This document shows positions 1-12,578 of a DNA stretch of 64,000 nucleotides, one piece after another (the first letter of the stretch is position 1; the number at the start of each line of letters is the position of its first letter). The stretch is from NCBI RefSeq assembly GCF_009914755.1, contig NC_060942.1; one strand, 5' to 3'. The position numbers and the translations under genes were made by a program. The notes below the pieces were generated by a model. It saw nothing but the letters and a program-made list of their open reading frames with translations. It made no database searches and was not told the DNA's origin. The stretch comes from the human T2T-CHM13v2.0 reference genome, Homo sapiens.

Positions 1-1142
1 TTGACCACAAGAAGAATGAGCAGAGTAGCCATTGTCTATCTGCTGTACACTCAGGCAGTGTCACATAGGGCCTGGTTATAGCATTATCCTTGCTTTTTTC
101 TCTAAAGGGTGGCCTTTGCTAACCCTCATAGAGAGGACTTAGTAATCAGGAAATATGATCTTACTGCCTTTTGCACTTTGGAGAAGTCTTCTAGAGTTTC
201 TTTACCACTCAAAATGACAAGGTGAAGTCCCTTTTCCCACCTCCCCAGACTTCTCCAGATTACATACTCTAGTCTTTGGGAAGGGATAAGGGATTCTTAC
301 GTAAAGAGACCTAGAGGGTCAGAATTTCAGAGACTGGAATTATTTCCAGCAGAATTAATTGCTCTATACCACACTTCCAAAGTGTGGTTCAGGCTCAGAC
401 CTTTGGATGGAGGATAGCCTATGAGGTTCCCTCTCCTATCCCTGTCTCTCCCCCTTTTTCATGCATCCCTCCCTTCCAAATTCATCAGTCTGGATCTTTC
501 CACCCTTTGCCCCATGGAAGGTGTTCTTCCTCCTATCTTTTTCCCAAAAAGAAAAGCAGGATCCTTTGTTCCTCCTTTTCTCATAAATTATCAGGCTTCA
601 GTCATTCGCCGGATATTAATAAAAGTGCTTCCCTGGTTTAGCTGTGATAGACTGGGAATAGTGGGTTCTGGTCCCAATAACAACTTGTTTTCCTCACTGC
701 TCAGCTAGGAAGCAGTCACATGTTACCAAAGAGAGAGTTCTAAAAGACAGCACCGTCCAATATCATATGAAGAATGGACAGTCCCACAGTTAACATGGAT
801 TTAACTTCACTTCTTTTGAAATATTAGACCTTGACATTATTGTGTTAAGGGGAATTTGACTTGTTCCTTTGGCCTAACTCACCTTGCAAGGGTTTCCCTA
901 CCCCACTTACTGTAAATGTCTGGCACATTTATATTGCTACCCAGAAACTCAGGCACTAGTTCTGATTATTTTCTTTTATCTTAATATACCTATGCCTTTA
1001 AATATGATGATCAGTGTAAGGGTTGTTGCCACTTTATCCTCCCACAAAAGATACAAAAAATATATAATATACATGTAATACCCCTAATACAAATATTATT
1101 GCATGGACCAATAACTTGAGTTTATAATTAGATTGGGAAATT

Positions 1143-1640
1143 GTATTAGTTATGCCTCCTATTGTTGCAAGTGGCAGAATGTCAGCTGGGACTAAGAAAA
1201 AAAAAAGGATTAACTCATATAAATGTTAACTTCAGGGGGGTGTATTTAGCTTCAGGCATGGCTGGAGCCAGGGTTATCAAGCAGTATAATCTCTCTCTTC
1301 CCGTCTTCTTGTCTCTCATCTCTGTTTGCCTGCCTTGGCTTTTTTCACAGCTGCTGGCAGCCACAGGTGTACTCTGTTGCTACAGTTCCTGAACCCTCTT
1401 GGACAATGGTCCAGAGATTATCCTAACTTAGGATACTCAATTCTAGAACCACTTATTGGGAAGGGGGATAATTCTACTGATTAGTCAAATCTGCATCTTC
1501 TGTCAAACTCTAGGAAGGAGGTATGGGGGGATTAGCCCCACTTCAACCACAGAGATGAAGCCAAATTACTTTAGAATGGGGAGGAGCTGTTTCTTATAGG
1601 AAGGGATGCTATACAGGTAACAGATCTTTACATGTCCACT
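1143..1640 (-). mobile_element. Old MaLR LTR (MLT1K/L-like)
   Basis: Begins TGTATTAGT...GTTGCAAGTGGCAGAA and contains TTCAGGCATGGCTGGAGCCAGGG, resembling the reverse complement of old MLT1 LTRs; ends approximate. Confidence 0.5.
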
Positions 1641-2904
1641 CTGGGAAGTATGGTATTTCAATGGGAAACCATAAATGGTACCATACAGGGTGTCATTAAA
1701 TACTGGAGTGCTGAACTCAGAAAGTCAGTGTAGAGGGAGCTCCTAAAGACAGCGAAGTCATGGAGAGTTGAGGGTAGTCAGAGGATGTTTCATACAGGAG
1801 GTGCTGTTTGTCCTGGATTTTAGAGAAAGCTTCCAGAGAGATAGTGGCTAATAAATGAAATAAAGACATAGCTAAACACTGGAAATGAGAGGCGGCAGCC
1901 TAAGGGAGTGGGAGAATCATTTCAGAAAGAGGAAGAAGACCTCGTCAAGGACAAACTTCTTACTTTACAGGCCTGTGAGCTGGCACTGGCGGCATGAGGA
2001 GCACTGGGCATCTGACAGGTTAATATCTTTCTGCTTTGTAATATAATAGAAACCTCTCTTATAACTCTTGTTCTGGAAAAACAACATAAATATTTATTTG
2101 TTGGTAATTCACACTTTATATGCAGTGTGTGTGTTGTATTATCTCAAGAACTGTGTGATCTTTTGCCCTCAGAGTCACATCATGCCCTGGGTGGAGTGTC
2201 ACAGTATGATGAGTGTGTTCTCACTCTTGTTCACAGCCCATGGTTCCGCAGGTGGACAGAATAAACAGACAGGACTGTAGAGTGGAGGACAGCTGTGTGT
2301 CTCTGGCCTGCTTCGGGCATGATTATAAGAAAGGCTTTGCTCCTGGGGGAGCAAAAAGCCTTTGTATCTTACTCTGGGCTGTACTCCCATGTTTATTTTA
2401 GGAGCAATGGAGATGCAGAACCCAGCATGACACTTGGATGACAATTTATTTTTAAAGGGGTTATAAATATGTAACTCCTCTAGCAAGACATCAATGCTTT
2501 TTGGGTCTATTTTATTTATAATCAGTTACCAGCACCCTCCCTCGCTCAAAAATAAGCTGGATTATATTTTAATGCAATTTGCATTAGATATTTCATTTTC
2601 ATTTAATTATCAGCATTTTCTTTGCTGGCATGTAAGACATGCTCCCAACAGTCATCTGTTTCAAAGACGTGCTAAGAGGCCCAGTCACAGGGATCCTGGG
2701 GTGCGTGCTTCTCACTGAGGCTGACTCAGGGGCAATACCCCTTTCTTACTTCTTGAGACACTCACTCCTAGTTCTTCTTCTTGTTATGGGACTTTCTTTC
2801 TAACATCATAAACAGAAACCCTGGCAGAGAGGAAGAAAAAAATAAAAGACAGAATGACATAAGTAGTTATATTTTGAATAACTTTCCATGTTGGAGTATG
2901 TGAA

Positions 2905-3019
2905 CTTGAGAATTAGACATGGGTGTGTCTAATTCCAAGATAAATTATTACTGCTAATCTTGGGCAAATTACTTCTCTGAATCATACATTTCTTATTTTT
3001 AAAATGAAGATAATACTTC
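2905..3019 (+). mobile_element. MIR fragment interrupted by HERV-H (continues at ~7751-7790)
   Basis: CTTGGGCAAATTACTTCTCTGAATC...TAAAATGAAGATAATACTTC resembles the MIR core and continues as CTTATGGCATTGTT after the provirus. Confidence 0.55.
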
Positions 3020-3431
3020 TTTCATGCGTGTCAGTGTGAAGAGACCACCAAACAGGCTTTGTGTGAGCAATAAATCTTTTAATCACCTGGGTGCAGGCGG
3101 GCTGAGTCTGAAAAAAGAGTCAGCAAGGGGAGACAGGGGTGGGGCTGTTTTATAAGATTTGGGTAGGTAAAGGGAAATTACAGTCAAAGCGGGGTTGTTC
3201 TCTGGCGGGCAGGGGTGGGGGTCACAAGGTGCTCAGTAGGGGAGCTTTTGAGCCAGGATGAGCCAAGAGAAGGAATTTCACAGGATAATGTCATCAGTTA
3301 AGGCAGAAACAGGCCATTTTCACTTCTTTTGTGGTGGAATGTCATCAGTTAAGGCAGGAACTGGCCATCTGGATGTGTACGTGCAGGTCACAGGGGATAT
3401 TATGGCTTAGCTTGGACTCAGAGGCCTGACA
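3020..3431 (-). mobile_element. LTR7-family 3' LTR of HERV-H
   Basis: Minus strand reads TGTCAGGCCTCTGAGTCCAAGCTAAGCC...GGTCTCTTCACACTGACACGCATGAAA; TATAAAA at 3148-3154, GT-box at ~3137-3144, ATTAAA at 3078-3083; preceded by PPT AAGAAGACAGGAA (3432-3444). Confidence 0.95.
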
Positions 3432-4019
3432 TTCCTGTCTTCTTATATTAATAAGAAAAATAAAACAAAATAGTGGTAAAATGTTGGGACGGTGAAAATT
3501 TTGGGGGATGGTATGGAGAGATAATGGACGATGTTTCTCAGGGCTGCTTTGAGCGGGATTAGGGGCGGCGTGGGAACCTAGAGTGGAAGAGATTAAGCTG
3601 AAGGAAGATTTTGTGGTAAGGGGTGATATTGTGGGACTGTTAGAAGAAACATTTGTCATTTAGAATTATTGGTGATGGCCTGGATACGGTTTTGTATGAA
3701 TCGAAAAACTAAACAGAATAAGAGAAGGAGAAAAACAGGTATTAAAGGTCTAAGAATTGGGAGGACCCAGGACATCTAATTAGAGAGTGCTTAAAGAGGT
3801 TCAGCATAGCCTTGCCAGCAAAGATTATTTATTTACTTTAAGAGTTAAGAATGGCGGTTTGGGGATAGCACCAGGAGATATCAGCTGTGATGGCTTGGAG
3901 AAACAGTGTAAATTGGCAGTGTAAACAAGAGCAGGGCATGTATGAGTAGTTGAGAACGGTGAATAGGAGTATGACTAGACAGAAAATAGTGGGGATGACA
4001 AGTTTTTTGGGGCACAGTC

Positions 4020-5760
4020 TAAGTTGGTCTGGTGTCTGGGATGAGACTGGGGCCTAATAAAAAGGAGCATCTATACAGGAGCTCAAATAGGCTGTACCCT
4101 GTAACATTCTGAGGACAGGCCTGAATTCTGAGAAGGGAAAGTGGTAAAAGTATTGTCCAGTCCTTTTTAAGTTGGTGGCTGAGCTTGGTGAGGTGTGTTT
4201 TTAAAAGACTTTTAGTCCATTCTACTTTTCCTGAAGACTGAGGACCATAAGGGATATAAAGGTTTCACTGAATACTAAGAGCCTGAAAAACTGCTTGGCT
4301 GATTTGACTAATAAAGGCTGGTCTGTTATCAGACTGTATAGAGGTGGGAAGGCTAAACTGAGGAATTATGTCTGACAGAAGGGAAGAAATGACTGCGGTG
4401 GCCTTCTCAGACCCTGTAGGAAAGGCCTCTACCTATCCAGTGAAAGTGTCTACCTAGACTAAGAGGTATTTTAGTTATCTGACTCGGGGCATGTTGAGTA
4501 AAGCTAATTTGCCAGTCCTGGGTGGGGCAAATCCTCGAGCTTGATGTGTAGGGAAAGGAGGGGGCCTGAATAATCCTTGAGAAGTAGTAGAATAGCAGAT
4601 GGAACACTGAGAAGTTATTTCCTTGAAGATAGATTTCCACGATGGAAAGGAAACGAGAGGTTTTAAGGGGCGGGCTAGTGGCTTGTACTATAGCATAGCC
4701 TGCCTTTGCTGGTGTGTGGCGATTAGGCCTGGTGGAACTGCCATCAATAGACTAAGTGTGATCAGGGTGAGGAACAGGAAAGAAGGAAATATGGGGAAAT
4801 GGGGTGAACGTCAGGTGGATCAGAGAGATGCAGTCATGAGGGTCAGGTGTGGTATCCGGAATAACGTGGGAGGCCGGAATGAAGTCCGTGCCAGGAACAA
4901 TGGTAGTTGTGGGAGACTCAACAAAGAGTGAGTATAGCTGAAGGAGCTGGGAAGCAGAAAGTATATGTATCAGGTATGAGGAAGAAAATAGATTTTCGAA
5001 GTTATGGAACTGTAGAGTGAGTTGAGCATAGTTTGTGATTTTTAGGTCCTCTAAAAGTATTAAAGCAGTGGCAGCTGCTGCACGCAGACATGAGGGCTAG
5101 GCTAAAACAGTAAGGTCAAGTTGTTTGGGCAGAAAGGCTACAGGGTGCGGTCCCAGCTCTTGTGTAAGAATTCTGACCGCACTAACCATGCCTAGGAAGG
5201 AAAGGAGTTGTTTTGTAGAAGGGATTGGGGTTTGGGAGATTAGCCAGACATGATCAGCAGGGAGAGCACATGTGTTTTTATGAGAATTATGCCAAGATAG
5301 GTAACAGATGAGGAAGAAATTTGAGCTTGACTGAAGTAATGGGGGCTGTCTGTGAAGACTTGCGGCAGTACAGCCCGGGTAATTTGCTGTGCCTGATGGG
5401 TGTCAGGGTCAGTCCAAGTGAAAGCGAAGAGAGGCTGGGATGAAGGGTGCAAAGGAATAGTAAAGAAAGCATGTTTGAGATCTAGGACAGAATAATGGAT
5501 TATGGAGGGAGGTATTGAGGATAGGAGAGTATATGGGTTTGGCACCACGGGGTGGATAGGCAAAACAATTTTGTTGATAAGGCACAGATCTTGAACTAAC
5601 CTGTAAGCCTTGTCTGGTTTTAGGACAGGTGAAATGGGGGAGTTGTAAGGGGAGTTTATAGGTTTTAGAAGCCATGCTGTAGCAGGCAAGTGATAACAGG
5701 CTTTAATCCTTTTAAAGCATGCTGTGGGATGGGATATTGGCGTTGATCGGGTTAAAGGTG
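4020..5760 (-). pseudogene. pol: HERV-H pol remnant (RT N-terminal part, integrase core); YxDD region deleted
   Basis: ORF 5240-5689 has SPYNSPISPVLKP, YRLVQDL, LDLKHAFF, VLPQVFTDSPHYF then jumps to SQAQISSSSVTYLG with no YxDD; integrase pieces QDWQISFT, QSDNRPAF, GYSLFELLY; multiple stops and frameshifts. Confidence 0.88.
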
Positions 5761-5761
5761 A

Positions 5762-6245
5762 TTAGGTTTTAGTGGGATGGTAATGGGCATGTGATCGGGT
5801 TGCCAGGGAAGGAGTAGAGATGTCCCATACTTGTGGGTTAAGGTGGGGAGATACGAGAGGAAGATGCAAAGGAGACTTTGGGTTAGGGAGAAGGGCAGCA
5901 ATGAGATGCGGCTGTAGTCCAGGAATAGTCAGGGAAGCAGATAATTTAGTTAAAATGTCTTGGCCTAATAAGGGAACTGGACAGGTGGGGATAACTAAAA
6001 AAGAGTGCATAAAAGAATGTTTTCTAAGTTGGCACCAGAGTTGGGGAGTTTTAAGAGGTTTAGAAGCCTGGCTGTCAATACCCACAACAGTTATGGAGGC
6101 AAGGGAAACAGGCCCTTGAATAGAAGGTAATGTGGAGTGGGTAGCCTCCGTATTGACTAAGAAGGGGACGGACTTACCCTCCACTGTGAGAGTTACCCAG
6201 AGCGTCTGTGATGGTCCTGTAGGCTTCCGAGGTGATCGGGCAGTG
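5762..6245 (-). pseudogene. pro: HERV-H protease remnant with degenerate catalytic motif
   Basis: ORF 5762-6184: FLVNTEATHSTL (normally DTGA), VVGIDSQ, FLVIPTCPVPLLGQDIL. Confidence 0.88.
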
Positions 6246-7509
6246 TCAGTCTTCAGCTGCTAAGCTGAGAAGATCTGGGGAGGAGTCAGTCAGTCAGAGA
6301 GCCTTGGGCCAGAGTTCCAGGGGCTCTGGGAGCGGCTGCCAGGTGAGTTGAACAGTCTGATTTTCATTGGGGTCCCACACAGATGGAACGCGGCTTAGGA
6401 GGAATCCCGGGCTATGGGCATTCCTTGGCCCAGTGGCCAGATTTCTGGCACTTGTAGCAAGCTCCTGGGGGAGGAGGTTCTGGAGGAACCCCTGGCAGCT
6501 GCGATTCGGGCATTTGGAGTTCTTGTGTGCTGGAGATGTGGCTGGGGTTTGTCTCACAGTGGAGGCAAGGAATTGCAACTCAGAAATACATTGCTACTTG
6601 GCTGCCTCTACTCTATTATTGTACATCTTGAAGGTGAGGTTAATTAAGTCCTGTTGCGGGGTTTGAGGGCCGGAATTTAATTTTTGGAGTTTTATTTAAT
6701 GTCAGGAGCGGATTGGTTAATAAAATGTATATTGAGAATAAGATAGCCTTTTGACCTTTTAGGGGCTAGGGCTGTAAAGCGTCTCAGGGTTGCTGCCAAA
6801 CCAGCCGTGAACTGGGCTGGGTTTTTCATATTTGATGAAAGAGCCTAAACACTAACGGATTTGGGAGAGGTTGGATAAAGAAAAAGGAGCATTAACCTTG
6901 ACTATGCCTTTAGCTTCAGCCACCTTTTTAAGAGGAAATTGCCGGGCAGGTGGGGGAGGGCTAGTCGCAGAATGAAACTGTAAGCTGGAACAGGTGTGAG
7001 GAGGGGAGGTGATAAAAGGATTATAGGGTTGGGGAGTAGAGGCTGAGGAAGAATTAGGACCTGGCTCGGCCTGGTGAGGGGCAGCCTGGGGAGGAGGGGA
7101 GAGACCAGATGGGTCTGTAGAAAAGGAAGAGTAGAAAGACTCAGCGACGCTTGGGGTTGGGACTGAGAGAACAGGCGGGAGGGAAAGAAGGAGGATTTGG
7201 GACCAGTCGCATTGGGAACAGAGAGTAGGGAAGGAACAATGTGTAAAAGAATGCCTGGATGTCAGGCACCTCAGACCATTTGCCCATTTTATGACAAGAA
7301 TTATCTAGATCTTGTAGGATGGAAAAATCGAAAGTGCCGTTTTCTGGCCATTTAGAGCCATTGTCAAGTTTGTACTGGGGCCAAGCGGTGTTGCAGAAGA
7401 AGATAAGGCATTTAGGTTTTAGGTCGGGTGTGAGTTGAAGAGGTTTTAAGCTCTTGAGAACACAGGCTAAGGGAGAAGAAGCAGGAATGGAGGGTGGAAG
7501 GTTGCCCAT
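6246..7509 (-). pseudogene. gag: HERV-H gag remnant
   Basis: MGNLPPSIPASSPLACVLK...CNTAWPQYKLDNGSKWPENGTFD from ATG at 7509; zinc knuckle CYKCQKSGHWAKEC at ~6418-6460 followed by stops; ends PDLLSLAAED-TGA at 6246-6248. Confidence 0.88.
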
Positions 7510-7596
7510 AGTGAAGGAGGCAAGCCCAGAGAAAAGAGAGAGTAGGGACATGGAGGGAAGGGGTTGAGGGGTTCTTATCCTCCAGAAAAGTGGGAA

Positions 7597-7747
7597 AGGG
7601 GTTGGGGCGTGGAAATAAGGGGTTGAGGTGCAGAGATAAGAGGTCAGGGCATGGAAATAAGGGGTTGGGGCACAGAGATAAGAGGTCGGGGCATGGAAAT
7701 AAGGGATCGGGGTGCAGAGATAAGAGGTTGGGGCGTGGAAATAAGGG
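7597..7747. repeat. 42-bp-period tandem repeat of the HERV-H leader (~3.5 copies)
   Basis: GGAAATAAGG recurs at 7611, 7653, 7695 and 7737, alternating with CAGAGATAAGAGGT. Confidence 0.9.
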
Positions 7748-7962
7748 ACAACTTCCTTATGGCATTGTTAAAAACCTGAAAAGACACCAGGCAGGTATGT
7801 AATGCACCAGGCAGGTAGGAGTCACCTGCCTACTTTCCTCCTTTTACGTAAGGCAGAGACAAGGATTTTCCAGCCAGTGAAAGAAATACAACATTTATCT
7901 TATTTTGGGGAGCTGTGTATCAGTCAAAATAGGTTAGATTATGCTGCAGTAACAAACAGTCC

Positions 7963-8518
7963 TGTATTAGTCAGGATTCTCCAGAGAAACAGAATCAATA
8001 AGATATATACATATATATTGATACACAAGAGGAAATTTATGAGGGGAATTGGCTAATGCAATTATGAAGGCTGACACCCCATGACATGCTGTCTACGAGC
8101 TGGAGAAGCAGGGAAGCCAATAGGGTGGCCCAGTTCAGGTCTGAAGGCCAGAGAACATGGTTGATGGGGGTGCTGGTACCAGTCCTGGAATCTGAAGGTC
8201 AGAGAACCTGGAGTTCTGATGTATAAGGGCAGCTCTCCCAGCTCTCAGAGAGAGAGAAAGACATGTGCGCACATGCAAGAGAGAGAGAGAGAGAATAAAC
8301 TCACCTTTCCTCTGCTTTTTTGTTCTACCTGGGCCCTCAGCCAATTGGATGGTGCTTTCCCACACTGGCTAATGGTGGATCTTCCTTATGCAATTCACTG
8401 ATTCAAATGTCCATCACTTTCAGGCCCAGCTTCACAGACATACCCAGAAATCATGCTTTACCAGCTATCTGGGTATTCCTTAACCCAGTCAAGTCGACAT
8501 CTGAAATTAACCATCAGA
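7963..8518 (-). mobile_element. MLT2 (ERV-L) solo LTR
   Basis: TGTATTAGTCAGGATTCTCCAGAGAAACAGAA ... AAATTAACCATCAGA; TSD AGTCC (7958-7962) / AATCC (8519-8523). Confidence 0.85.
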
Positions 8519-8562
8519 AATCCCCAAATCTCAGTGGCTGCAAAAACAAAGCCTAATTTTTG

Positions 8563-8662
8563 CTCATGCTACAAGTCCATTGTGGGTCAGCTTTATCTTT
8601 ATTCCTCTTCACTCATGCTACAAGTCCATTGTGGGTCAGCTTTATCTTTATTCCTCTTCACT
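8563..8662. repeat. Perfect 49-bp tandem duplication
   Basis: CTCATGCTACAAGTCCATTGTGGGTCAGCTTTATCTTTATTCCTCTTCA at 8563-8611 and 8612-8660. Confidence 0.95.
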
Positions 8663-10035
8663 GTAGAATTCAGGAGAATGGTGCAGCCTCTATCTGACAC
8701 ATACTAATCATGGTGGCAGAGGGGGTAAAAGCCAATGAATTTTGGGTAAGTAGACTCTTTTCCCAAAGTGACACTTTGCCCACATTTCATTGACCAAATC
8801 AAGCTACATGGGTAAGCATGATATTGAAGAAGGTAGAGAAGTTGAAATCTTTATCCTTTTGTGGACTGGTGGGGCTGCCTTGTTGAGACCATAAGTTAAA
8901 ACCAAGATTCTGAACCAGAATGGTGCTTGAGAATTACCCATGGAGCAAAAAATACATATATGATAAAGCCCCAATGAATCAAGATCTTGTAGATGGCCCA
9001 GGAAAGTACAGTTTTACTACTTTCCATAGGTGTGCACCCTCCAGATAACAACCAATGTGTTAAAAGGTTAAGGTTGACCTAAAAGTCAAGAAAATTAGTA
9101 AGCTGATTATCTTTGAAAGTAAGCATTAAAAAGAGATAACTCTGCCTTTTCCTCTAAATCTTACAAGTCTCTTTTTCTTCAATCTTTTTAATATTATACT
9201 TTAACTGACTTTGTTCCAAGGCTTCCTTATTTATAATTTAGGAAGCAGGTTAATACTTTATATTTCTCTAAGGAAAATAAAGAACCAGGTTGCTTTGTAT
9301 TTGTTTGTGGCTTTCCATTGATTTTTCCATGGGTCAGTGGTTCACAGTAGAAAACAGCATTACCACCTTTGACTTAAATCTTTCTGGGATGCATGAAGAT
9401 GGATATTTGGTTTGGGTACTTCCCCTGCTGTATAGATAGTCTTCAGTTAGCTTTTCATGGCTTTGTGAGCCAATCAGGAGTATTGGGTTTACCTTGCCAG
9501 CACACTCATTTTTTTCCTGTGGTGCAAAATGAGGCTATGAAAGAAAACCCTTGGGGATGAGGGTGTGAGGGAGGAAGGCACAGCAAGGCAAAGGGGCAGG
9601 TCTAAGTTGAGCACCCTCACTCAGTCTAGATTGCTTGTTGGATGGTGATGGTTCTTCAATCTTCATTAATCACATCCTTCAGTTTCAGAGGTCCTTTTGA
9701 CCATGAAAAGAGACTTGAGTCCCTTTCCCCTTATAGTACTGGGGAAAAGACCCCACTTGTATACCAACCCTTGTGGGATGTTTAGTGAAAATACCTTACT
9801 GAGGGGAGGGGGTTGGCAACCCCTACTTTCTTGGAGTCAAAGAACACGTCATTGTTCAGGACTACAAAGAAAGAATTCTCAATGGGATTACTGGAGTCAG
9901 TGAGACTTCCTCTCAGTCTGATGCTTAATCTGGGGTTTGAGTTATTCCTCCATTTCATAAAGTAAAAACTGAACTGCAGAAATTTTAAACAAGTGTTCAA
10001 ATACTTTTAGAAGTCAAGGATACAAACAGTTGTAG

Positions 10036-10585
<550 letters not shown>

Positions 10586-10644
10586 AAGGTTTCAGTTTTT
10601 GATAAAGAGGAAATGCCTCTAGGAGAAGCCAAATCTCAGAATAA

Positions 10645-10945
10645 ATTAAACAGAAATGTATTTCTGACAGTTCTGGAGGCTGGGAAGTCCAAGATCATGG
10701 TGCAAGTAGATTAAGTGTAATGAGGGCCCATTTCACGGTCTATAGATGGTGTCTTTTGCTGTGACCTTACATGGCAGAAGAAGGGAGGGATCGCTTTGGA
10801 GTCCTTTTTTCTAAGGACCTAATTTTGTTTGTGAGGGTTCTGCACTCATGGTCTAATAACTTCCCAAAGGCCCCACTTCCTAATATCATCAACCTGAGGG
10901 TTGGGATCTAAATATATGAGTTTATGGGTGCACAAACGTTCAGGC
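10645..10945 (-). mobile_element. MLT1A-like MaLR LTR
   Basis: CAGTTCTGGAGGCTGGGAAGTCCAAGATCATGG ... CCCAAAGGCCCCACTTCCTAATATCATC. Confidence 0.75.
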
Positions 10946-12341
10946 TTATCTCATAAAAACCTCCCACACTCACTTACCTGTGATTCTTCTCTTTCTGGCT
11001 GGCTAGAAGGAGATGGCCCCAAGGTGACTTTCACAGCCACAGGGTGAAGATGGCTGAGCTTCTGTCAGCCTGGTTCCCTGAATGACTGCATGGAGGAGGG
11101 CAACCTCACTGAGTTACTGGGCCATGCAGTACTAGTACTGTTGTGTGGAGCAAGATGTAAAGTTCTATGCTTGAGCTATTATGCACATTGGGTCTGGTTT
11201 TTCAGTAGATAGGGGTTAACTTAACACAGTTTGAGGATGAGGAAATGAACTGTGAAGTAAAGTGAAAACTACCAGGTCAGGCAACCCAATCTGAACTGGA
11301 ATCCTAGATTCACTATTAACTAACTCTGTGTCTATGGCTAGTCTCTTAACTTCTTATAGACTAAATTTTCACATCCATAAAATGGAGAAAATAATTAATT
11401 TTTTGTCTTCTTCCAGGGTTGTCACGAGCTCCCCAAACAATAAAGCACTTTACGACATAGGAGGCATTATTATTAAGCTGTTTTCAGTCCCTGATACCTG
11501 CATGTTGTAGGACCATGGTGCATGAAGGATTTTAAGGAGGCACTTTTGAAATGTGAAAGGGACATAGACTGTACATCTGGAGCACAAAGGCAGGTTTAAC
11601 CAGCTTTGTCCTGCTCGGCGCCAGTTGGAAGAGAGCATCTGGCTTTGAAGTGTCTAAAGCCAGGCGTGACGCTGGATTCTACAGCTGGTATGTGTTTCCT
11701 TAGACTTTCTGAGGGAAAGAGAAAGGAGTGAGAAGGGAATGTGGAACTAATTCCCACATTAATTGAAGACAATAAGGAGACAGCAGAATACTTGCTTCAG
11801 TCATGAGGCCCCTGGAACAGAAGAACTATGTCACATACCAAAGGACAGCATAACCCACAATAAGCCCCCACCTCAAAACCCACAGACTATTACCCCATAC
11901 TGTGGCATAAACTTGAGATGCATAATTGTATTAAGCCGGTGTCTTCTGTGACTTGTGCTTGACCCCTGCCTAACCTCCAGGTAAAGGAAAAGTGAGAGCC
12001 ATGGCTCCATGACTAACTCCCTTCCCTCTGCCCTGTTGGATTCCCTGGCAATCTGCAGGAGTGTTCTGAGACAGAGGCTGCAGTGGTCTCTGGGCCACTC
12101 CAGAGGAATAGTGACCCTGAGTATGGTGTCAAGGTTGGATAAGGGGGCTTAGAGCACCTCACTAAAAGCCTTCCTTTCCTGTCTGATTGCATACAGCCAG
12201 GGCAAAGCTGGTGGGGTAGGGCTAAGGACCTTTCATACCTAAAAGACCTCTGTAGTTCATCTTGGTTACAACATATTTCTTCCACTTCCTTTCCTACCCC
12301 AAATGAAAATTCCACCTTCCTGGACTCATTCTCAGGAGCAT

Positions 12342-12540
12342 TTATTTACATTTTATTTTAAGATAATTGTAGCTTGACATGTAATCGTGAGAGATAAAAC
12401 AGAGAGACCCTGTGTACTCTTTGCCCCATTTTCTCCAATGGTAACATCTTGTATAACTATAGTACAGTATCACACACAGGAAATTGACATTGATATAATC
12501 TCTTGACCGCATAGAGATTTCACCAGTTTTATGTACATTC

Positions 12541-12578
<38 letters not shown>

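Larger units (their letters stand above)
3020..7750 (-). mobile_element. HERV-H provirus, internally deleted, 5' LTR/PBS almost entirely absent
   Basis: LTR7 at 3020-3431, polypurine tract, gag/pro/pol remnants, leader tandem repeats; flanked by the 5-bp direct repeat ACTTC at 3015-3019 and 7751-7755. Confidence 0.96.
7916..8830 (-). mobile_element. Old MaLR LTR (MLT1I/J-like) interrupted by an MLT2 LTR
   Basis: TGTATCAGTC...TATGCTGCAGTAACAAACA before the insert and CCCAAATCTCAGTGGCT...GCTCATGCTACA after it. Confidence 0.6.

Noticed and set aside
7590-7802. Repetitive basic peptide ORF / CRISPR-like periodicity
   Set aside because: It is the antisense reading of the HERV-H leader tandem repeat; there are no unique spacers or cas genes and the DNA is mammalian.
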